From Terriglobia bacterium (GTDB lineage: Bacteria > Acidobacteriota > Polarisedimenticolia > Polarisedimenticolales > JAIQFR01): 64,000 nt of DNA. The notes under the pieces were generated by a model. That model had not been told where the DNA came from and searched no databases. It was given only the letters and a program-made list of their open reading frames with translations. The position numbers and the translations under genes are program-made. Shown here in pieces: positions 16,628-27,248 of the stretch (positions are counted from its first letter, which is position 1; each line of letters opens with the position of its first letter). Location of the stretch: the NCBI GenBank assembly GCA_963748015.1, contig CAVVHE010000004.1, positions 736,001-800,000 of the forward strand. The letters are read 5' to 3'.

Positions 16628-18139
16628 ATGCGCTCACAACGGACGGCTGTCCTCCTTGCGCTCTTCATCGTGGCCGCGGTCGCGGCGGCGCCCGTGGGGG
16701 CGCAGGGCTTCAAGGATCTCGAGAAGAACGTCGTCGAGAAGACGCTGCCGAACGGCCTGCGGGTCCTCATCCTCCCGAGGCCCGGCGCGCCGCTGGTCTC
16801 GATGCTGACCTACGCCGACGTGGGCGGGGTGGACGAGAACCAGAATGCCACCGGTCTCGCGCACATCTTCGAGCACATGGCCTTCAAGGGGACGACCACG
16901 ATCGGCACGACCGACGCCGCGAAGGAAGCCGCCGCGCTGAAGAAGCTGGACGAGGCTTTCCTGGCGGTCCGCGCGGAGCGGATGCGGCGTCCCCGCCCGG
17001 ACGAGGCGGCGCTCAAGACCGCGGAGGCGGCGTTCAAGGCCGCGCAGGAGGAGGCGCAACGTTTCGTCAAGGTCGGCGAGCTCGGCGAGATCCTGGAGCG
17101 CGAGGGCGCCGAGGGCCTCAACGCGTTCACGAGCTTCGATCAGACCGTCTATCTCTACTCGCTTCCCTCCAACAAGCTCGAGCTCTGGGCGGCCATCGAG
17201 GCGGACCGCTTCACGAACCCCGTGATTCGAGAGTTCTTCAAGGAGAAGGACGTGATCATGGAGGAGAAGCGGATGGGGGAGAGCCAGCCGACCGGCAGGC
17301 TGATCGACGATTTCATGGCGGTCGCCTTCAAGGCCAGCATGTACCGGTCGTTCGTCATCGGCCACATGAGCGACCTGCAGGCCGTCTCCCGGACCGAAGC
17401 CGAGGCCTGGTTCAACAAGTACTACCGAGCGCGCAACCTGACCGCGGTCGTCGTCGGCGACGTGGACCCGAAGATCGCGATGCCGATCCTGGAAAAGCAC
17501 CTCGGCAGGATTCCGGCCGGGGAGAAGCCCGGGCCCGTGGTCACGGTCGAGCCCCCGCAGCGGTCGGAGAAGCGGATCACGATGGAGGATCCGTCGCAGC
17601 CGATGCTCTTCATCGCGTACCACCGGCCGGACATCAACGACCCGGACAATGCCGGATACGACGCCCTGGCGGATGTCCTGGGCGGCGGGCGCTCGTCCCG
17701 CCTCTACAAGGCGCTGGTGAAGGAGAAGAAGCTCGCCCTCGCGACCGGGACGTACGCGGGCCTCGGCCAGAAGTACCCCGGGCTCTTCCTGTTCTACGCG
17801 GTCCCGAACCAGGGGAAGACCAACGCGGAGTGCGAGGCGGCGATCAGCGAGGAGATCGAGAGGCTGAAAAGGGAGCCGGTCAGCGCCGAGGAGATCGCGG
17901 GGGTGAAGGCGCGCGCGAAGTCGCAGTTCATCGGATCGATCGACTCGAACATGGGGCTCGCGATGGGCCTGGCGTTCGCGAGCAACCTCCAGGGCGACTG
18001 GCGCGAGACCTTCAAGCAACTCGAGCGGATCGACCGGGTGACCGCGGCCGACCTGACGCGGCTCGCCCAGAAGACCTTCGTCAAGTCCAACCGGACGGTG
18101 GGCACCATCGAAACCTCGACGAGCGAGACGGGCCGGTGA
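16628..18139 (+). CDS. M16 family zinc peptidase, catalytic subunit
   Basis: Signal peptide, GLAHIFEHMAFKG (HxxEH), LNAFTSFDQTVY, SSRLY. Confidence 0.92.
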   Translation: MRSQRTAVLLALFIVAAVAAAPVGAQGFKDLEKNVVEKTLPNGLRVLILPRPGAPLVSMLTYADVGGVDENQNATGLAHIFEHMAFKGTTTIGTTDAAKEAAALKKLDEAFLAVRAERMRRPRPDEAALKTAEAAFKAAQEEAQRFVKVGELGEILEREGAEGLNAFTSFDQTVYLYSLPSNKLELWAAIEADRFTNPVIREFFKEKDVIMEEKRMGESQPTGRLIDDFMAVAFKASMYRSFVIGHMSDLQAVSRTEAEAWFNKYYRARNLTAVVVGDVDPKIAMPILEKHLGRIPAGEKPGPVVTVEPPQRSEKRITMEDPSQPMLFIAYHRPDINDPDNAGYDALADVLGGGRSSRLYKALVKEKKLALATGTYAGLGQKYPGLFLFYAVPNQGKTNAECEAAISEEIERLKREPVSAEEIAGVKARAKSQFIGSIDSNMGLAMGLAFASNLQGDWRETFKQLERIDRVTAADLTRLAQKTFVKSNRTVGTIETSTSETGR

Positions 18140-18194
18140 GAGCACGGCCGGCCCGCCGGCCGTTCCACGGGCGATCTCAGGGAGACTGCAGACG

Positions 18195-20355
18195 ATGAAC
18201 CGCAAACAAGTGAAAACGACCGTCCTGGGGGCGATCCTGCTGGCGCTGGCGGCCGGCCGCGCGCCGGCGGCCGGGCCGAAACGGGTGATCGACGGGCTCG
18301 TGTACCCGAAGCTGAATCCGATCAAGCAGCCGGTCGTGCTGAGGGAGACCTTGCCCAACGGGATCAAGCTGCTGCTGATCGAGGACCGGGACCTGCCCAA
18401 GGTCGAGCTGCGTGCCGTGGTGCGCGGAGGAAGACTGGCCGAGCCGGCCGGGAAGGCGGGGCTGACCGAACTGTTCGGCGAGGTGCTCCGGACCGGCGGA
18501 ACCGAGAAGATGTCCGGCGACGACGCGGACCGCTTCCTCGAGAACATGGGAGCGGTGATCGAGAGCGGCCTCGACGAGGACACCAGCTCGCTCTACGCCC
18601 GGTCGCTCACGGAGAATCTCGACGCCGTGCTGCCGTTGTTCGCGGAGTTCCTGCGGGCCCCGGCGTTCGCGCAGGACAAGATCGACCTCGCGAAGACGCA
18701 CCTCAAGAGCGGCATCTCACGCCGCAACGACGAGGTGATGCAGATCGCGCAGCGCGAGTTCATGAAGCTGATCTACGGCGCCAAGTCGCCGTACGCGAGG
18801 CAGTACGAGTACGCCGACGTGGACGCCCTCACGCGGGACGACCTGTTGGCCTTCCACGCGCGGGGCTTCCGGCCGGACCAGACGATCCTGGCGGCTTGGG
18901 GCGACTTCAAGGCCACGGAGATGAAGGAGAGGCTCGTGAAGGCACTGGGCTCGTGGAAGGGGGAGGGACCGGCGCCCCGCTACGACCTCCCGTCGATCCC
19001 GGCGCCCGCCTACTCCGTGAACTACATCGAGAAGAAGGACGTCGAGCAGACGTTCATGCTCCTCGGCCACCAGGGGCTGCGCTTCGACGACCCGGACTAC
19101 CCCGCCGTGCGCTTGATGGGGGACATCCTCGGCGGCGGCTTCTCCTCCCGGATCTTCGTCAAGGTGCGGACGGAGAAGGGGCTGGCCTACTCCGCCGGGG
19201 GGATGATGCAGCCGGCGTACGACCACCCCGGCAACTTCTTCTTCTTCACCTCGACCAAGCCGTCGACCACCGCGGAGGCGCTCTCGACGATGATCGAGGA
19301 GACCAAGCGCATTCGCGAGGCGCCGGTCACCGACGCCGAGCTGAGCAAGGCGAAGGAGGGCTACCTCAACACGTACGCCTTCGACTTCGACAGCAAAGGC
19401 GAAGATCGTCAACCGCCTCATGATCTACGAGTTCTACGGCTACCCCGCGGACTTCAACACCCGGCTCCGCGACGCCGTGGAGAAGGTCACGAAGGAGGAC
19501 GTCCTCCGCGTGGCCAAGAAGCACCTTCGGCCCGACCTTCTGACCATCCTGGCGGTCGGAAAGGCGGATGCGTTCGACAAGCCCCTCTCGACGTTCGGCA
19601 CGGTCAACACGATCGACATCGCGATTCCTCCGCCGGTGCCCGCCGAGAAGATCCCCGCGGCGACGCCGGAGTCCCTCGCGAGGGGGAGGGAGCTGCTGCA
19701 GGCGGCGGCGAAGGCGAAAGGGGAGAAGGCGCTCCTGGGTCTCAAGGACGCCGTCTTCGAGGGGACCGCGTCGTACGAGACGCCGATGGGCGCCATGGAA
19801 GTGAAGTTCAAGACGTCGTTCGTGCCGCCCTCCCGGCTCTACTCCGAGCTGACGACGCCGATGGGCGTCATGGTCCAGGTCCTCGACGGGGAGCGGGCCT
19901 GGATGAAGATGGGGCCGGCGACGCAGGAGCTTCCGGAGAGCGCGGCGGGAGAGCTGCGGGACGGGACGCTCACCGAGGCGGGATGCCTGCTGATGCTGCG
20001 CGAGGCGCTCTCCGGGACGATCACGGGGCAGTCCCTCGGGAAGAGCTCGTTCGAGGGGCAGGACGCCGAAGCCGTGCTCGTGACGACCGGCGACGCTCCG
20101 CTCCGGATCTATCTCTCGCCCGACGGGCGCAGGGTGCTCGGCACCCGAAGGCAGGGAAGGACGGACGAAGGGCCGGCGGAAATGGTGGAGACCTTCGGGG
20201 GGTACGCCGAGGTCTCGGGGCTTCAGGTCCCCATGGAGAGCACCCGTTCCGCGAACGGGAAGCCACTCGGCTCCTTGAAGATGAGCTCGGTCAAGATCAA
20301 CGCCGGGGTCGACCCGAAGCTGTTCGAGAAGCCGGCCGGGCCCGAGGGCAAGTAG
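18195..20355 (+). CDS. M16 family peptidase, non-catalytic partner subunit with C-terminal extension; frameshifted near 19396
   Basis: GGGFSSRIF..VRTEKGLAYS motif. Removing one A from AAA (19395-19397) joins FDFDS to KAKIVNRLMIYEFYG and continues to the stop at 20355. Confidence 0.8.
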
Positions 20356-20504
20356 AAAGAGCGAGGATTCCCCACGCGGCCGGTCCGCAGTATGGCGCGG
20401 GAAGCAGCGTTCGTGGGCGTGGCGCTTCGCGTGTATGCTCTCACGCGCCCGTGCCGTCGCGCGGGACGGAACGGCGCGCGTCCCTTCGCGCGCGGGGAAA
20501 TGCC

Positions 20505-21662
20505 TTGATCTGGGTGCTGGACTCGACGCTTCGCGAGGGGGAGCAGACCCCCGGCGTGTATTTCGACAAGCACATCAAACTCGCGATCGCGGGCTTGCTC
20601 GACGGGATCGGCGTGGACATCATCGAGGCCGGACATCCGACGGTCACGCCGGAGATCCACGCCGCGGTGAAGGCCGTCGCCCGAAAGGGATGCAGGGCGA
20701 TCGTAGGGGCGCACGCGCGGTCGCTGAGAGGCGATGTGGATCTCGCGATCGAGTGCGGCGTGCGGTTTCTCGGGATTTTCTACTGCGTCTCCGATGAGCG
20801 GCTGAGCGGCGTCTTCAAAAGGGACCTCGGCTCTGCGCTCGACCAGATCGCCGACGTGATCGCCTATGCCAAGGATAGGAACGGGGATCTCCTCGTCCGA
20901 TACACCCCCGAGGATACCGTCCGTTCGCAATTCGAGAACGTCGTCCAGGCGGCAGCCGTCGCGGTGGAGGCGGGGGCCGACATCATCAGCGTGGCGGACA
21001 CGACCGGGTACATGGTGCCCGGGACGCCGCGGAGCATGTACGACTACGTCGCGCGCCTCAGGGACGAGCTCGGCCGGAGGAACCGTTTTCCGAGAATCGC
21101 GGTGCACTGCCACAACGATCGCGGACTCGCGCTCGCGAACGCGCTGGACGCCTTTCGGGCCGGCGCGAGCATCATCGACGCCGCCGCGTTGGGACTGGGG
21201 GAGCGGGCGGGCATCGTGGATCTCGCGCAGCTGCTCGTAGTGCTCACGGTCGACTTCGGCGAGGCGCGGTGGGACCTCACGAAGCTCACGGAGTTGTACG
21301 ACCTGGTGAGCAAGCACTCCGGGGTCGCCATCCCGGAGAACTTTCCGATCAGCGGCAAGAACGCATTCACCCACTGCGCGGGAGTCCACACGCACGCCGC
21401 CTCGGTCAACCCGATGCATTACGAGAGCGTGAACCCGGAGATTCTCGGCAGGAGCCGGTCGTTCTCGCTCGACCACATGTCCGGGATCGCGTCGCTACGG
21501 TTCGCGCTCAAGGTGATCGGGGAAGAAGAGCTCGACGACGCGCACCAGCTCGAGGTGTTGGGGGACGTGAAGGGCGTGGGACAGCACGGACGGACGGTCG
21601 ACCTGGCCGAGCTGCGTCACATCGTGGACGCGGTGAGACACCGCAGGATCCACGAGAGCTGA
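20505..21662 (+). CDS. DRE-TIM metallolyase (homocitrate / 2-isopropylmalate synthase family, no regulatory domain)
   Basis: TTG start; DSTLREGEQ, HCHNDRGLALAN, GLGERAG, AFTHCAGVH. The ORF track fuses it to the frameshifted M16 frame. Confidence 0.85.
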   Translation: MIWVLDSTLREGEQTPGVYFDKHIKLAIAGLLDGIGVDIIEAGHPTVTPEIHAAVKAVARKGCRAIVGAHARSLRGDVDLAIECGVRFLGIFYCVSDERLSGVFKRDLGSALDQIADVIAYAKDRNGDLLVRYTPEDTVRSQFENVVQAAAVAVEAGADIISVADTTGYMVPGTPRSMYDYVARLRDELGRRNRFPRIAVHCHNDRGLALANALDAFRAGASIIDAAALGLGERAGIVDLAQLLVVLTVDFGEARWDLTKLTELYDLVSKHSGVAIPENFPISGKNAFTHCAGVHTHAASVNPMHYESVNPEILGRSRSFSLDHMSGIASLRFALKVIGEEELDDAHQLEVLGDVKGVGQHGRTVDLAELRHIVDAVRHRRIHES

Positions 21663-21676
21663 AGCGAGGCGCGATC

Positions 21677-22504
21677 TCACCTCGCCGGAGGAGGCGGACC
21701 CGCCTGGCCCCGGCGCTTGTGCTTGATCCGCCAGAGGCTGACACAGCCCTCGGACTCGCTGAGCTGGGACGGCGTCAAGGAGCTTTCGAGCGCCGCCTTC
21801 TCCTTCGTCGCGCTCGTCTCGCCCTGCGCGGCCGCCAGCGAGAACCAGCAGTGGGCTTTGGCCGGGTCCCGTTCGACGCCGAGTCCGCGCTCGGACATGA
21901 AGCCGAGCTCGAGCTGCGCGGGCGCGTAGCCCTGCTCCGCGGCCTTGCGGAGCCACTGCCGCGACTCGATGTAGTTCGGACGGCCCTGCTCGTGCTCGCC
22001 GAGGAGGACGCCCAGCCCGTACTGGGCCCTGGCGATGTCCTTCCGGGCGGCCTGCCGGAGCAGCCGCTTCGCCTCCTCGTCGTCCCTCGGCACGCCTCGC
22101 CCCTCGTGGTACATCAGGCCGAGCGAGCACTGCGCCTCCGCGTCGTCCTTGTCCGCGGCCATGCGGAGCCACTTCAGCGATTCCGCGTCGTCCCGTGGGA
22201 CGTCGCGGCCCTCGCGGTACATGTTGCCGAGGGTGGCCTGGGCCGGAGCGTACCCCTGCTCGGCGGCGCGCCGGATCCAGCGCAAGGCTTCCTCCGGGTC
22301 CCTGGCCACCCCGCGACCGGAGGAGTAGAGGGTGCCGAGCAGGTACCGGGCTTCCGCGACGCCGGCCTCGGCCTCCGGCCGAAGCTCCTGCAGCGCCGTG
22401 GCGAAGTCCTCGGCGTCGAGGGCCCGCCTTCCGGCGTACAGGTCCGCGAGCACGGGGCTGGACACGAGCAGGGCTGCTACCACGATTCGCGACGGGTGGC
22501 TCAC
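21677..22504 (-). CDS. Exported Sel1-repeat protein
   Basis: Repeated AQxxLGxxYxxGxGVxxDxxEAxxWxRxAA units after a signal peptide. GTG start inferred. Confidence 0.88.
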   Translation of the reverse strand: MSHPSRIVVAALLVSSPVLADLYAGRRALDAEDFATALQELRPEAEAGVAEARYLLGTLYSSGRGVARDPEEALRWIRRAAEQGYAPAQATLGNMYREGRDVPRDDAESLKWLRMAADKDDAEAQCSLGLMYHEGRGVPRDDEEAKRLLRQAARKDIARAQYGLGVLLGEHEQGRPNYIESRQWLRKAAEQGYAPAQLELGFMSERGLGVERDPAKAHCWFSLAAAQGETSATKEKAALESSLTPSQLSESEGCVSLWRIKHKRRGQAGPPPPAR

Positions 22505-22627
22505 GCGCGCCTCGCCTCCGGGGAGTGCCGCCGGCATCGTGGCCGGGCGGCTCGGCTTCCCAGCTTACACCGGATGCCGCGGCGCCCAAGAGGGTCGACC
22601 CGCGCTCGGCCCGAGCGCGGAGTCTCC

Positions 22628-22960
22628 CTAATCCAGGCGGCGCAGGCCGATGGCGGCCAGTCCCCACGAGACGGCGAGGAGGCCGAACGCGAAGACGCCG
22701 GGCACCAGGCACTCGGCGACGCCGGCCCAGCCGTGCTGCAGGGATTCCGGGGTCAGGGGGGCCGCGGCCAGACTCACCGCCGTGTTGGCTAGCCCCGCGC
22801 AGATCGCGCTCAGGCCGGCAAAGACCGTGGCGGAGGTGACGGGGCGTAACATCTCGTACCGGCGCTGGCTCGGTTTCAGCGCCATCCCGATTCCCAGGCT
22901 CAGGGAGGCGACGACGAGCACCAGCAGGACGACGACGTGGACGATCGCGAGAGGTCCCAT
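22628..22960 (-). CDS. Small three-TM membrane protein
   Basis: Hydrophobic ORF with AAAGGGG RBS, downstream of an ECF-type promoter. Confidence 0.65.
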   Translation of the reverse strand: MGPLAIVHVVVLLVLVVASLSLGIGMALKPSQRRYEMLRPVTSATVFAGLSAICAGLANTAVSLAAAPLTPESLQHGWAGVAECLVPGVFAFGLLAVSWGLAAIGLRRLD

Positions 22961-22988
22961 GGACGTATCCCCCTTTCTCATCGAGTTC

Positions 22989-23051
22989 AACGCCGCGGAG
23001 AGCGCCGCGTGACGAGAAGATATCTCGTCACGCCCGGCAGGCCTCGGCGTT
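22989..23051. promoter_or_regulatory. Back-to-back ECF-type promoters GTCAC-N16-CGTTGA on both strands
   Basis: Plus strand: GTCAC 23027-23031, CGTT 23048-23051. Minus strand: GTCAC 23013-23009, CGTT 22992-22989. Together they produce an 11-bp inverted repeat at 23007-23033. Confidence 0.7.
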
Positions 23052-23057
23052 GAGAAG

Positions 23058-23630
23058 GTGATGGACGCCGAAGCCGGACGGCAGCTCGTGTCGGAGCTCA
23101 GGCGGGGCGAGGCCGCCGCATTCGACGCGGTCTACGAGGCCCTGCGTGCGCGTCTGTTCTCGTTCGTGCTCCGGATGGTCGGCAGGCGGGAAGTTGCGGA
23201 GGAGCTGACCCAAGAAGCTTGGTTGCGCCTGGCTGCCCGCGCCGCCCGCCTGCGCGAGGACACGGAAATCGAGCGCTGGATCTTCACCGTGGCGCGGAAT
23301 CTCTGCGTGAGCTTCCTTCGCACGCGCGGAAGGGAGAGGAGCGTCGTCGTCGCCTCGGAGCTCGTGGAGCATCTCGCGGCGGCGGGGCCGTCCCCGTCGC
23401 GACAGGCGGAGTCGAAGGAGGGCCTGGTGCGTTTCGAGCGCGCGATCGCGGGCCTTCCCGAGCGCTACAGGGAGGCGCTGCTGCTCGTGGGGGCGGAGGG
23501 GATGACACCCGTCGCGGCCGCCGACGTGTGTGGGGTTAGCGCGGAGGCGATGCGCAAGCGACTCGAGCGGGGGAGGGACATGCTTGCGGCGCGACTCGAG
23601 CGCCCGAGGCGCCGCCCGGCCGGCGCGTGA
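23058..23630 (+). CDS. ECF (sigma-24 family) sigma factor
   Basis: AEELTQEAWLR, WIFTVARNLC, LPERYREALLL...AMRKRLERGR. Confidence 0.9.
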   Translation: MMDAEAGRQLVSELRRGEAAAFDAVYEALRARLFSFVLRMVGRREVAEELTQEAWLRLAARAARLREDTEIERWIFTVARNLCVSFLRTRGRERSVVVASELVEHLAAAGPSPSRQAESKEGLVRFERAIAGLPERYREALLLVGAEGMTPVAAADVCGVSAEAMRKRLERGRDMLAARLERPRRRPAGA

Positions 23631-23923
23631 GGTCTTCGATGGAGCCATCCGATCCCGGCCTCGACCCGATCGGCGCCCTGAGGGGATTGCCGGTGCTCGA
23701 TCTCGATCCTCGCCGCGCCCGGGGCATCCGGGACCGAGCGCTCGCCGCGATGGCGTCGCGACGGCGCCGCGGGGAGCGGTGGGCCGGACTCCCGGCCGCG
23801 GCCTACGAACGCTTCGTCGAGCCCATCCTGGTCGGCGGGCTCTCGCTCGGCTTCGCGGCGTGGGTCGTCGCGCGATCGATCGGGGTGCTGCAGCAGGCGC
23901 GGGGGGGCTTCTTCTGGCAGTGA
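23627..23923 (+). CDS. Small single-TM protein, putative anti-sigma factor
   Basis: Overlaps the ECF stop (GTGA); C-terminal hydrophobic helix. Alternative ATG at 23639. Confidence 0.55.
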   Translation: MRSSMEPSDPGLDPIGALRGLPVLDLDPRRARGIRDRALAAMASRRRRGERWAGLPAAAYERFVEPILVGGLSLGFAAWVVARSIGVLQQARGGFFWQ

Positions 23924-24144
23924 CGGCGGGCGGTACGCCGGAGCGTGACATCGGGGCCTCCCTGGCGATGCGCCGGCCCGCGACCGGCTCGATCCCGCCA
24001 TTCCCGGTCCGAATACTCCGCCGGGAGGGCGGGATAACCCGGCGGCTTTCCGCTACAATCCGCAGACCAGAGCCACCCCTTCCTTCGGGAAGACGACGCA
24101 TCGTCGCGCCACCCTCCCGGGGACCAGGAAAAGGACGGGCACAG

Positions 24145-25038
24145 ATGGAATTCCGCAGGCTGGGAATCGTGGGCGGCGGGATGATGGGGCGGTCGATCGC
24201 CGAGAAGGTCGCCTCGAACGGGATCGACGTGGTGGTGCAGGAGGTCTCGGGGGAGATGGTGGAGCGAGCCCGCGAGGATCTCGCCGCCTCGCTCGACGCG
24301 GAGCTTCGCAAGTGGGGGATCACGCAGTCGGAGAAGAAGGTGGTCCTGAGCCGGGTCAAGTTCGTGACCGACATCGGCGAGCTCGCTCCCACCGACATGA
24401 TCATCGAGACGGTGACCGAGGACCTCGACACGAAGAAGAGCGTCATGCGGGAGCTCGGTCTCGTGTGCCCACCGGAGCGGATCTTCATCACGAACACCTC
24501 GACACTGAGCATCACCGAGATCGCCGCCGAGTCGGGGAGGCCCGAGAAGGTGATCGGAATGCACTTCCTGCCGCCCGTCACGGCGAACCCGGTCGTCGAG
24601 GTGGTGCGCGGGATCGAGACGTCGAAGGAGACGTACGCCACCGCCATGGAGCTCGCCCGCGCCCTCGACAAGACAGCGATCGAGGTGTTCGAGTATCCCG
24701 GGTACGTCGTGACCCGAGGCATCATTCCGTTGCTCAACGAGGCGATGTACATCGTCATGGAAGGGGTCGCGAGCGCCGACGACGTGGACCTCGCCCTGAA
24801 GCTCGGCTACCAGTTCAAGATGGGCCCGCTCGAGTACTGCGACCGGATGGGCCTCGACAAGGTCATGGCGTGGATGGAGCACCTGTTCCGCGAGCTGGGG
24901 GACGTGAAGTACCGCCCCTGCCCGCTGCTCCGGAAGCTCGTTCGAGCCGGGCATCTCGGGAGGAGCACGGGCCGGGGGTTCTTCGTCTGGGTGGACCGCC
25001 AGCGCGTCACGGCGGAGCGCAAGGAGGAGGCGCGATGA
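24145..25038 (+). CDS. 3-hydroxybutyryl-/3-hydroxyacyl-CoA dehydrogenase
   Basis: GIVGGGMMG Rossmann motif, TNTSTLSITEIA, GMHF, MGPLE..D..GLD. Confidence 0.92.
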   Translation: MEFRRLGIVGGGMMGRSIAEKVASNGIDVVVQEVSGEMVERAREDLAASLDAELRKWGITQSEKKVVLSRVKFVTDIGELAPTDMIIETVTEDLDTKKSVMRELGLVCPPERIFITNTSTLSITEIAAESGRPEKVIGMHFLPPVTANPVVEVVRGIETSKETYATAMELARALDKTAIEVFEYPGYVVTRGIIPLLNEAMYIVMEGVASADDVDLALKLGYQFKMGPLEYCDRMGLDKVMAWMEHLFRELGDVKYRPCPLLRKLVRAGHLGRSTGRGFFVWVDRQRVTAERKEEAR

Positions 25039-26264
25039 AGGTTCTCGTGCTGAACTGCGGCTCCTCCTCGGTCAAGTACCAACTGGTCGAGACGACCCTC
25101 GACATGATCAAGAGCAACACCGACCGCGCCATCGCCCGGGGCTCGGTGGAGAGGATCGGAACCGCCAGCGCGATCCACACGTACCGGCCCGAGGGCAGGG
25201 AGAAGACCTCCGACGTCAAGGAGATCCTCGAGCACCGCGTGGCGATCGCGGACATCGCCCGGACCCTCACGCAGCCTGAAGTAGGGGTCCTGCGGGAGGC
25301 CTCCGAGATCGACGCGGTCGGCCACCGGATGGTCCACGGCGGCGAGAAATTCGCCCGGTCGGTCCTGATCGACGACGCCGTGATCCAAGAGATCGAGGAA
25401 TGCTCGGAGCTGGCGCCGCTCCACAACCCGCACAACCTGCGCGGATACTACGCCGCGAAGCAGATTCTCCCGAGCGTTCCGCACGCCGCGGTATTCGACA
25501 CCGCCTATCACCAGACCATGCCTCGGACGGCTTACCTGTACGGGCTCCCGTACGTCCTCTACACGCGCCATGCGATCCGGAGGTACGGGTTCCACGGGAC
25601 CTCCCACCGTTTCGTGGGATGGCGCTCGCAGACCCTCCTCGGGCGACCCCGCGAGGAAACGCGGCTGATCACCTGCCACCTCGGGAACGGAGCGAGCGTG
25701 TGCGCCATCGACCACGGTAAGTCGGTGGACACGTCCATGGGGTTCACTCCGCTCGAGGGCCTCCTGATGGGAAGCCGCTGCGGCGATCTCGACCCGGCGG
25801 TGATCTTCTACGTCATGCACAAGGAGGACCTGACCGAGCAGCAAGCCTCGACGATGCTCAACAAGCATTCCGGGCTCTACGGGATCTCGGGGCTCTCGAA
25901 CGACATGCGGGAGATCCTCGCGGAGGAAGCCAAGGGGAACGAGCGCGCTCGGCTCGCTGCCGACATGTTCTGCTACCGCCTGAAGAAGTACGTCGCCGCG
26001 TACGCCGCGGTCATGGGAGGAGCCGACGCCGTGATCTTCACCGGCGGCATCGGCGAGAACGCCGCGCCGATCCGCGAGCGCAGCATCCGCGGCCTCGAGT
26101 TCGCGGGCATCCGGATCGACCCGGAGCGAAATGCCGCGACGGTCGGCGGGAAGGAAGGGGAGATCTCTCCGGAGGGCGCGCCGGTCAAGGTGCTCGTCAT
26201 CCCGACGAACGAGGAGCTCATCATCGCCCGCGACGCGCTGCGCCTGATCGAGGGCGTGCTCTAG
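25035..26264 (+). CDS. ackA: Acetate kinase
   Basis: VLVLNCGSSSVKYQL, GHRMVHGGE, APLHNP, RRYGFHGTSH, HLGNGAS, FTGGIGEN, IPTNEE. Confidence 0.95.
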   Translation: MKVLVLNCGSSSVKYQLVETTLDMIKSNTDRAIARGSVERIGTASAIHTYRPEGREKTSDVKEILEHRVAIADIARTLTQPEVGVLREASEIDAVGHRMVHGGEKFARSVLIDDAVIQEIEECSELAPLHNPHNLRGYYAAKQILPSVPHAAVFDTAYHQTMPRTAYLYGLPYVLYTRHAIRRYGFHGTSHRFVGWRSQTLLGRPREETRLITCHLGNGASVCAIDHGKSVDTSMGFTPLEGLLMGSRCGDLDPAVIFYVMHKEDLTEQQASTMLNKHSGLYGISGLSNDMREILAEEAKGNERARLAADMFCYRLKKYVAAYAAVMGGADAVIFTGGIGENAAPIRERSIRGLEFAGIRIDPERNAATVGGKEGEISPEGAPVKVLVIPTNEELIIARDALRLIEGVL

Positions 26265-26279
26265 AAACAGGACCGGCGG

Positions 26280-27245
26280 TCAGAGGGCGAGCAGCGCCTC
26301 CTCCACGATGCCGCGCACCAGCGGCTCCTTGTAGCCGTTCTGGGCCAGCGGCGAAGCACCCCGGATGGCGGCCTCGGCGGCGAGCGTCGCCGTCTCGCGG
26401 TCGAGCGCGCGCCCGCGAAGGGCCTCCTCGGCTCCCCTGGCGCGCCACGGCACCGGAGCGACCCCGCTGAGCGAGACGCGCGCCTCGGTCACCCGGCCGT
26501 CCCGCCGGGCGAGCGCGATCGCGACCCCGGCGAGCGCGAAGTCCCACGCCCCTCTCTCGCGGACCTTGCGGTACGAGCTGGCGAGCCCCGGGGCCGGGGG
26601 CGGCACGAGCACCTCGGTGACGAGCTCGCCGGGAGAGAGCACGTTCTCCTTGAAGAGGTCCTTCGCGGGAAGGACGAAGAACTCATCGAGGGGGATCGTC
26701 CGCTTTCCCGACCGGCCCGCGACCCGTACCGCGGCTCCGAGGGACAGGAGCGCCGCGGCGGTGTCCGATGGATGGACGATGAAGCACGGTCCGCCGCCGA
26801 GGATCGCGTGGTAGCGGTTCTCTCCGTTGATCGCGAAGCAGGTATCGCCCCCCTTTCGCGCGCAGCGGAAGTCCCCGCGGTAGTACCAGCAGCGAGGACG
26901 CTGGCAGAGATTCCCGCCGAGCGTGCCCTGGTTGCGGAGCTGGGGGCTGCCGACCTCCCGCGAGGCTTCGGCGAGCGCGCGGAACCTCTCCTTCACCACG
27001 GGACTCGCCGCCACCTCGGAAAGCGTGGTGAGCGCCCCGATCGAGAGACCCCCGGCCGTCTCGCGGATGCCGCGAAGGGCTTCGAGCCGGGCGAGGCTCA
27101 CGACCGTCGAGACCTCGAAGACCCCGTCCCGGAGGCAGCCGAGGAGATCCGTGCCGCCGGCGTGCGCCCTTGCGCCCGGCGCGGACAGTTGCCGGAGCGC
27201 TTCGTCGAGCGTCGCGGGACGAACGTGGGCAAAGCGGGGCATCAT
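26280..27245 (-). CDS. Xanthine dehydrogenase family FAD-binding subunit (PaoB-like)
   Basis: AGGTDL, SPQLRNQGTLGGNLCQRPRCWYYR, HPSD, YRKVRERGAWDFA. Confidence 0.92.
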   Translation of the reverse strand: MMPRFAHVRPATLDEALRQLSAPGARAHAGGTDLLGCLRDGVFEVSTVVSLARLEALRGIRETAGGLSIGALTTLSEVAASPVVKERFRALAEASREVGSPQLRNQGTLGGNLCQRPRCWYYRGDFRCARKGGDTCFAINGENRYHAILGGGPCFIVHPSDTAAALLSLGAAVRVAGRSGKRTIPLDEFFVLPAKDLFKENVLSPGELVTEVLVPPPAPGLASSYRKVRERGAWDFALAGVAIALARRDGRVTEARVSLSGVAPVPWRARGAEEALRGRALDRETATLAAEAAIRGASPLAQNGYKEPLVRGIVEEALLAL

Positions 27246-27248
27246 GGC

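Noticed and set aside
18195..21662. 1155-aa M16 peptidase / isopropylmalate-synthase fusion in the ORF track
   Set aside because: Artefact of the +1 frameshift near 19396. The middle section is an out-of-frame Arg/Gly-rich read.
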